This document shows, piece by piece, positions 56,520 through 64,000 of a stretch of DNA of 64,000 nucleotides; positions within the stretch are counted from its first letter, which is position 1, and each line of letters begins with the position of its first letter. Source of the DNA: Octopus vulgaris. Taxonomy: Eukaryota. The translations under genes and the position numbers were made by a program. The notes under the pieces were generated by a model. The model saw only the letters and a list, made by a program, of their open reading frames with translations. It was not told the DNA's origin and ran no database searches. The stretch spans positions 19,716,001 to 19,780,000 of the forward strand of contig OX597826.1 of the NCBI GenBank assembly GCA_951406725.2, read 5' to 3'.

Positions 56520-57557
56520 TGTTCATGTTACAAGCCTTTTCTTTCAACCCATTCTTATATCTTAAGGCATTATATCCAGTAATAAATATGTTGTGCCTTG
56601 TTATGAATGTCTCACAAGTTCTTATTTTTCTTTCTCGCCTGCAATTGTAAAATTGTAGGTTGTCACATACTGACATCACTATAGTTCCATTGTTGGAATG
56701 TAGATAACAAAAATTCACGTTTTGAACTTGAGAAAAGTCTTTTTTCTGTTTCGCTAACAGATTGCATTTGTAGTGGTGCATATTATCTGACTGATTTCTT
56801 TTTCTGAAAACCCCAGCTTTTCCAAATTATCATTTAGGCATTTACTCACAACGCCGAGTGCATCAGTTATTATTGGTATAAATGTGAATTTGTGATTTGG
56901 GTATAGAGCCTGGCGGTTTAGAAGCAGTTGTCCGTAGTTATCCTCTTTCTCTCTTATTTTTGAAGAGGTATTCATATCAGCAGGGCATCTGACCTCTATA
57001 ACGGTACATACTTTTACTGTTCTATTCCAAACAACAATATCCGGTGTGCTTTGTTTGCATCTCGTTGAAGTTTCGATTGGTATTTTCCACCAGTATTCTT
57101 TGTATTGGTGTTTTTGTATATATTCAGTAACAAGGAGGGGTGGCTTTTATTTATCCCATGATATACTTTTTTTCAGGTAGCATTGTGTAATATACTGTTT
57201 TTGCGATAACGTCGTGTCGCTTGGGTGGTGGTACTTTGATGACATTTTGATCACATGTTTGATGTTTTCTACAGTCATGTGACATAATCGATGTTTTCGG
57301 TTGTATGCTAAACTTTTCACATCCTGGGCTTCATTGAGGCTGTTTGGGGGTTGCATGGAAGGTCGTCAGGAAGAGAGTGCTTCCTGAGGATTTCACTACC
57401 GCCATATGGGATATTTTCTTTGTTTTTCGCTACTCTTGTTTAGCAGGTGTTATATGAGAGAGACGATTTGTCATTTGAAGGTTGTTAGCTCTACTTCTTG
57501 TAATTGTTTTTTAGGTTGAGCCTGTTGATAACACCTAGTTGTCCGGATGTTCTGCGT
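56520..57557 (-). mobile_element. R4/Dong-like non-LTR relic with restriction-like endonuclease
   Basis: RLCHMTVENIKHV, PDIVVW...IEVRCPAD, KEDNY and FIPIITDALGVV. Confidence 0.75.
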
Positions 57558-57572
57558 TCTTGTCCCATTTTG

Positions 57573-57632
<60 letters not shown>

Positions 57633-58065
57633 GCGGTGTACCTACACTTTGTTCTCTTATATGTAAGTACACATTTTACTAAAAATTTTGTACAATTCTA
57701 TCAACCTTTTCACGCTTATTCGTTCATTCCACTTTGCCTTCTTTTGTTATTCACTTTTCACTTCACTATGTCCCTGTCATTTTTCTCTCCCCTCCTTAAT
57801 TCTTCTGTCCATCTGCTTCTACAACTCTTCTCTCTCTTCTCTTCCCCTCCTTAATTCTTTTGGTCCTCTTTTTCTCTCTCTTCTTTTCCCACGTGACCGA
57901 TGGGCCAGACTGCTAGCCTTCTTTTTGCGTCTGACTGTGGTCATTGCAACATCGATATTCATCCCTGTATTTGTGAAAGTTTTGTATCTCTGCTGAAAGG
58001 CTTCATTTCCACACACGGCAGCTGAATTCAATTCGTCCCCAGTCGAAAGACACCTGTTGTTATGT

Positions 58066-58078
58066 CTTGTTGTTGTTG

Positions 58079-58165
<87 letters not shown>
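58066..58165. repeat. (GTT)n(ATT)n microsatellite
   Basis: Direct reading. Confidence 0.95.
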
Positions 58166-58170
<5 letters not shown>

Positions 58171-59373
58171 GTTGTGTACAGATGCACACGTTCGCATCAA
58201 TACAGACATGCACATAAAACAATATTAGCGCGTCCAGATACCCACACATACCTACCCACATATGCAACTATATACATGCACATACCACCCCTTCCTACTT
58301 TCCCTCCAACAACCCGACCAATTTCCAGTTCACCATGCGTTATTTTCCAACTAGCTGTTGTCGCTGATATACCGATATACTAACATCAAACCACGACACC
58401 GCGTGACCTTCCTCAGCCATTCGCAGCCCACCTTACCGTAATAACAATCAACTACTTTCATTCAAATTCAAAAAGGCTGAAGACTTTCAATCACACTTGA
58501 AACTCAGAGTCCCAACAAATTTGAGTCAAACTGTTTTGATCCCTACATGTAATTCCCAGTAAATTGGTTGGGTGCCCGTCTTTCGTTTCTCCACTCTCTC
58601 GTATACACCAACACGCGCGCTCGTGTGTGTAATTCAGGAATTACAATGGAACATCGAAAATACAGTAACGAATCTATTCAGTCTTGATATGTTTTGGCTG
58701 GGTCGCTGGTGTACTTCGTCATTGGAGAACATTTCTTCTTATGTGTTCATTAAAGTTATTGATAAGACTGGCAGTACACTGATGTAATAAGTATCATGGG
58801 GATATCAAACAATATGGGAATTAACTTTGATTTTCATTAATCCAAGATTAATAAAATACGTACAAGCAATCAATACGGACTGATTCAATCGCAAGCATGT
58901 CCCACAACATTGAGAAACTCAGTTGCTGAACAGTTAAGAAGGTACCAGATGCAAAAACAAAAAAAAAGCAAAAAAATTCACAAAACATCTCGTACAATGT
59001 CTATTCGCATATCCTGCGTATGTGTGGGAAAAATCATAAAATAATAAGACAAAGAAAATTAACAATATCACTGGAATCCGATGGCATGATATGAAAATCT
59101 AACAAAAATTCAGATTAACATATGAGTAGACTGTTGTCGCCAGATCTACAAAGATAAACGAGCGTTACGTGCTGTAACAACATTTTTAATTAATAACAGA
59201 ACGTAACTTACACAAACTTATTTACATATACATGTAGTAGAATTTTATGTAGGAATATATCTCCTCAAACACTTGACTGCATATCTTTATGCATACATAT
59301 ATTTACGTTTTATATATATATACACACACATATTATCAATCTATCTATCTATCTACCTATTTAGCAAGCTTGC

Positions 59374-59389
<16 letters not shown>

Positions 59390-59457
<68 letters not shown>
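59390..59457. repeat. (TG)n microsatellite
   Basis: Direct reading. Confidence 0.95.
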
Positions 59458-59459
<2 letters not shown>

Positions 59460-59556
59460 CTACCGAGTAAGACCACTTTCTAAACTGAGTAACGTGTTCT
59501 ATGTGTACAAGAATTTCCTGTGCAGGAATTCGGTTGGAGTGGGTAAAGAGTTGCAC

Positions 59557-59713
59557 AAAATATATGCAGTTGAAAGAAGCAGTAAAAGACCGAATAGAGG
59601 TGGGAAGCGATGAAATCGAGGAGGTCAAGGAGTACGTCAACTTAGGGCACACAGCGAATATGCACCGAGATATGGATGCTGAAATTTCAACGAGAATAAA
59701 GACAGGATTGAAG
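59557..59713 (+). mobile_element. Inverted duplicate of an RTE thumb-region fragment
   Basis: EIEEVKEYVNLGH...EISTRIKTGL; reverse complement of 60236-60392. Confidence 0.8.
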
Positions 59714-59976
59714 TGCCACTGGTTTTATAACCAGTGGCACTTCAGGTTTTTTCTATGCGAATTTACCTTCTCCTGGAAGGAAGTTCTAAACGAGAACTAG
59801 GTGCCCTTCATTCCCAGTAATTCACATGCTAGATAACCCATAACTGAGGCCCTAAAATGTCAGAGTAGATCTGAGAACAATAGTGGCTAAGGGGTGGTTC
59901 TACACTCCTCAAAACATTTGAACACCCATACCAGGGCCCCACTGCCGGATGCCCTTTGCAGTAATACATAAGACAA

Positions 59977-60010
59977 TCTATCTGTCTATCTATCTATCTA
60001 TCTATCTATC

Positions 60011-60100
<90 letters not shown>
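59977..60100. repeat. (TATC)n microsatellite
   Basis: Direct reading. Confidence 0.95.
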
Positions 60101-60101
<1 letters not shown>

Positions 60102-60965
60102 CCTTTGCGTCGTAGCCAATTGATGTTCTTCCTCTTCGTAGTAGCTCACATCTCACTTGCGGTGCAACTGAAGAGCTTGGCACGTATGGTATTGTCTATC
60201 TTTGTTTGTAGCACATTTTTTATTGGAACAAATTCCTTCAATCCTGTCTTTATTCTCGTTGAAATTTCAGCATCCATATCTAGGTGCATATTCACTGTGT
60301 GCCCTAAGTTGAAGTACTCCTTGACCTCCTCGATTTCATCGCTTCCCACCTCTATTCGGTCTTTTACTGCTTCTTTCAACTGCATATATTTTGTTTTCAT
60401 GCAGATCGCTTTGAGGCTTACTGCTAAGCTATAAGTGTTCAGCTCTGTCAGCATGGTCTGCAGCTGGTCTGTAGTTTTAGCAATAACTATAATATCATCT
60501 GTGAATCGGAGGCGTGCTTGTTGTTCGCTTGTTGATATTCACGCTTTCTGTCCAGTCTTGATGACCATTTCTAGACATGCATGCGGTAAAGAGCTTTGGA
60601 GAGATGATATCTCCTTGATTGACACCCTTCCTAATCAGAACCCTTACTGGTGGTGATAATAAGGTTTGATGAATTGCACCTCGACAGAAACTGAGGAAAA
60701 CAAAGATGAGAAAAATGGCATCACAACAAGATGTTAATATGAGGAGATAAAGAGCTGTGGAAAACTCAATCTACGCTTCAATCTCTGAGAGGGGGTAAAA
60801 TACCCTCACTCTTTCCACGGTGAGGGTACTTTGCTTCATAGGAAGGGTGATACAAAGGATTTTTAAAAATATCGCACCATATGCTTCTTGTCTCAACTCT
60901 ATAAGCTGTTTACAAAGGTCATATTGAAACCTCTCGACAACTAACGGCCAACAGAGCAAACAGGA
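60101..60965 (-). mobile_element. Degraded RTE-clade LINE RT fragment, third family
   Basis: KGVNQGDIISPKLFTACLE, LRFTDDIIVIA and EEVKEYFNLG. Confidence 0.75.
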
Positions 60966-61307
60966 ACTTACATAACATCTATAAATCTCTGCTGAAGATT
61001 TATAGATGTTATGTTAGTAAAATTGCATATTACATTAATAATGAAACAATTGTTCAGGGTTAATCTATTTTTTTCGTTATATTTCACTTACCTTACGTTA
61101 AATGTAGTGTTATTTCTTCTTGGAAACAAGTTTTAGTGGCTATACCAGTAACGGACCTTTTTTCAGCACTAGAGTTAACCACATAGTGGTCACTCTCTCA
61201 TATTTATGTATATACATATATATGTATATATGTATATATATGTGTGTATATATATATGTATGTATGTATATATATAAACACTATTAAAAAGCAGCAAAAA
61301 TATCACA

Positions 61308-61353
61308 AAAACTGTTGCTCAGAGTTTCACGTTTCCGTTCATCAGACAGTTTT
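61308..61353 (-). ncRNA. Minimal hammerhead ribozyme motif, canonical core, mutated cleavage triplet
   Basis: AAAACUGU-CUGAUGA-ACG(GAAA)CGU-GAAA-CUCUGAG-CA-ACAGUUUU, with an 8-bp stem I. Confidence 0.75.
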
Positions 61354-61869
61354 GTTTAGAATGGAACAAATATAAGGTTATATGCATAAATATACAATTA
61401 GTTTGATAGATAGTCATTTGAAAATGGTTTTGTTAGCTTTATCCTTTCAACTAACGGTCTTTTTAATAACCGGTTGCATGCAATAACAATTGCGGTTTAA
61501 AATCATATTATTATAAAAATATTGTTACAGGCGAAAGAAAGAGAAGGAAAAATCAAATAATAATAAGTAGGGAGGGGGAGAAAGAAATCAGCGGGAAAGA
61601 AGAAAAAGAAATAAAAGAAAGAGAAATAGAAAATTAGAGAGAGAAAGGGAAAAGACAGATAGGGTAGAGAGAGTGTGAATTGATGGCGTTCGAAAAGTAT
61701 CGAAGGAAGGTTAGGTACTGAGTTTAGCTTGTGAAACGAATATGTAAAATTACATGTATATCTACATAAATACAAACACACATACAAATACGCACACATA
61801 TAGATATGCATACAAATATACAAAAATTATGTGCGCAAATACATGCCCACATACCCCCCCCCCCCCCAA

Positions 61870-62285
61870 TGTCAACCCTGTATTACCCTGAAAGACCACA
61901 AAGCTAATTTCAATAGAAACCCTAAATGTAGACTAATTAACACAGCTAAAACTGAAATAAGCGTTATTAGTAAGTATATTTTAGATCGCATTTTAAGCAA
62001 GTTAAATAGTTTGATATTGTCGATTTTTACCCGCCAATATCTTGGCCTTTGCTTCTAAAGGCATTAGACTTCGCTAACCAGTATGTCACCATCGATAGCT
62101 CGGAAACAGATAATATTATCCTGCATGCAAGGAAATCCCTACTTTTTTACGATGATTCCACCTAGGTCAAAAAGAGTGAAGATCTTCTTTTCGATGTACC
62201 GATGGGGGCATATGATGGAGCGGGGTTGTGTATGCTTATAGGAACTTATATTTTGCATAATCTGCAACTAGAATTCCTTTTCATA
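61870..62285 (+). mobile_element. Penelope-like RT fragment
   Basis: [21 protein letters not shown]...ISKYILD, ARKSLLF and FDVPMGAYDGA. Confidence 0.78.
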
Positions 62286-62293
62286 TATACTAC

Positions 62294-62344
<51 letters not shown>

Positions 62345-62348
<4 letters not shown>

Positions 62349-62845
62349 AAGTCAGGGTGCAATATGTACTTGTTTGCTTGAAAGAGGAGTAAAACTTCCC
62401 CAAACCACGTATCTCTCACTAATGTAAACATGCACGGAGAATGTAGTAAATACATTTAGAAAACTGGTCATTCCAATTTGTAAAACTAAAGATATGAGGG
62501 TAGATATCCCAGTATCAATTGATTTTGCCTTCTGTGCTGAATTGACACTGAAAGTTCATCAGCTCGGCTTACTACGTAAAGTATTTTTTAAAAATATATT
62601 TACCTTCCCGTGCTAGTCTGTTCAGTTGAAGGCCCCGCGACTTCTAAAGAACATTAGCGAGCAAGTATAAATTCAAAATTCAAATAAGTTATCATCATCT
62701 TTTAAAACAAAAATGGTAAAGTGGTCAGTAAACATAATCCAAATATGAAAAATATATATTAAAAGTCAGGGTATATGTACCTGTATGCAAGAAAGAAGAG
62801 TAAAACTCTCCATAACCACGTATCTCTCACTATATGTAAACACAC
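62345..62845. repeat. ~85-bp direct repeats flanking a 330-bp spacer
   Basis: aaagtcagggt...gagtaaaact...aaccacgtatctctcacta at about 62348 and about 62762. Confidence 0.65.
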
Positions 62846-62941
62846 ATTGAAACTTCCCCTTGATTTCTTTTTCTTTTCCATTTACAGCCGAATAAAACAC
62901 CGAGTCTTCCGGGTCTGGGGTTGAAGTATCTTGTTGCGATA

Positions 62942-64000
62942 CGAGGGACGTTCAATAAGTAATCCCCCTGACCCACTTGCAGTTGTTTGATCTAGCTGAA
63001 ATATTATTTATATCTCCATCGATTAAGCGGCAAATTACAGCTCTGAACTGATTGTGGTTTCTGATTTGCAGGTGTTTGAACTGAGTCAAGTGTGAAATGG
63101 AGCCTGTTGAGTGTCGAGCAGTGATCCGGTTTTTGTATTTGAAAGGACGCACACCACGGGAGACTTTTGATGAAATGAAAGTAACTTATGGTGATGATGC
63201 CCCATCATATGACCTTGTAAAACGCTGGCATCGTGAATTCAAACATGGTCGGAACTCTGTGGAAACAGCTCCCAGATCTGGTCGCCCCACTTCTGCCATT
63301 GATGAGGCATCTGTCCGTCAAGTTGAGGCTGCCATTTTGGAAGATCGACGCATAACTATTCGCCAAATAGCCCATCAGGTCCAGATTAGTACCGGGTCTG
63401 TGGAAACTATCATTCATGACCATTTGCATATGCAAAAGGTGTCTGCCAGATGGATTCCCAGGCTGCTCACACCTTTCCAGAAGCAAGAACGCGTCAGAGA
63501 CCAAAGCCCAGTCAATGCAGTGGAAGCACCATAACTCACCTCCTCCAAAGAAGGCAAGGGTGTAGCTCTCCGCTGGCAAGGTCATGCTCACAGTCTTCTG
63601 GGACCAGGACGGAGTAGTGATGACAGATTTCCTGGCAAGGGTACCACAATTACAGGAGCCTATTATGCTTCACTTTTGAGGAAATTAAGAGAAGCTATCA
63701 AAATCAAGAGGCGAGGCAAGATCAGAAAAGGCATCCTCCTCCTGCAGGACAACGCTCCGGTCCACAACTCGCGTGTCGCCAGATCAGAAGCACAGGCGTG
63801 CGGCTATGAACTCCTCCTGACCTTGCACCCTCTGATTTTCACCTCTTCCCAGCCATGAAGTTGTTTTTGAAAGGAAAGCGTTTCCCAGATGATGCAGCCT
63901 TGATTTCTGAAGTCACGTCGTGGTTGGAGGACCAAGCTGGGGTCTTATACAAAAACGGTCTCCAGAGCTGCATCAAACGATGGGAGAAATGCGTAACTCT
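62942..64000 (+). mobile_element. Mariner copy 2, internally deleted, running off the window
   Basis: Same TIR after TA; ORF from 63097; lacks the segment equivalent to about 44090-44191 (first catalytic Asp) and part of the YSPDL region. Confidence 0.93.

Overview
Eukaryotic, AT-rich, repeat-dominated DNA. The SINE and LINE families and the kilobase-scale (TA)n/(CA)n arrays suggest a cephalopod such as Octopus, which is an inference. I found no intact host protein-coding gene, and most long predicted ORFs are translations of microsatellites. Retroelements: four copies of an RTE-clade LINE with a PHD-type zinc finger inside the RT region (two with massively expanded modular 3' UTRs), a BovB-like RTE, four CR1-like LINE pieces, Penelope-like relics, CRE-like and R4-like relics, a decayed Gypsy element, a rearranged LTR pair and at least three SINE families. 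DNA elements: two mariner copies, non-autonomous Helitrons and MITE/foldback elements. The least obvious signal is a dispersed set of about seven minimal type I hammerhead-ribozyme motifs, some canonical and some with variant cores, in Penelope-type terminal sequences. All coordinates and pairings were read by eye, so boundaries are approximate.
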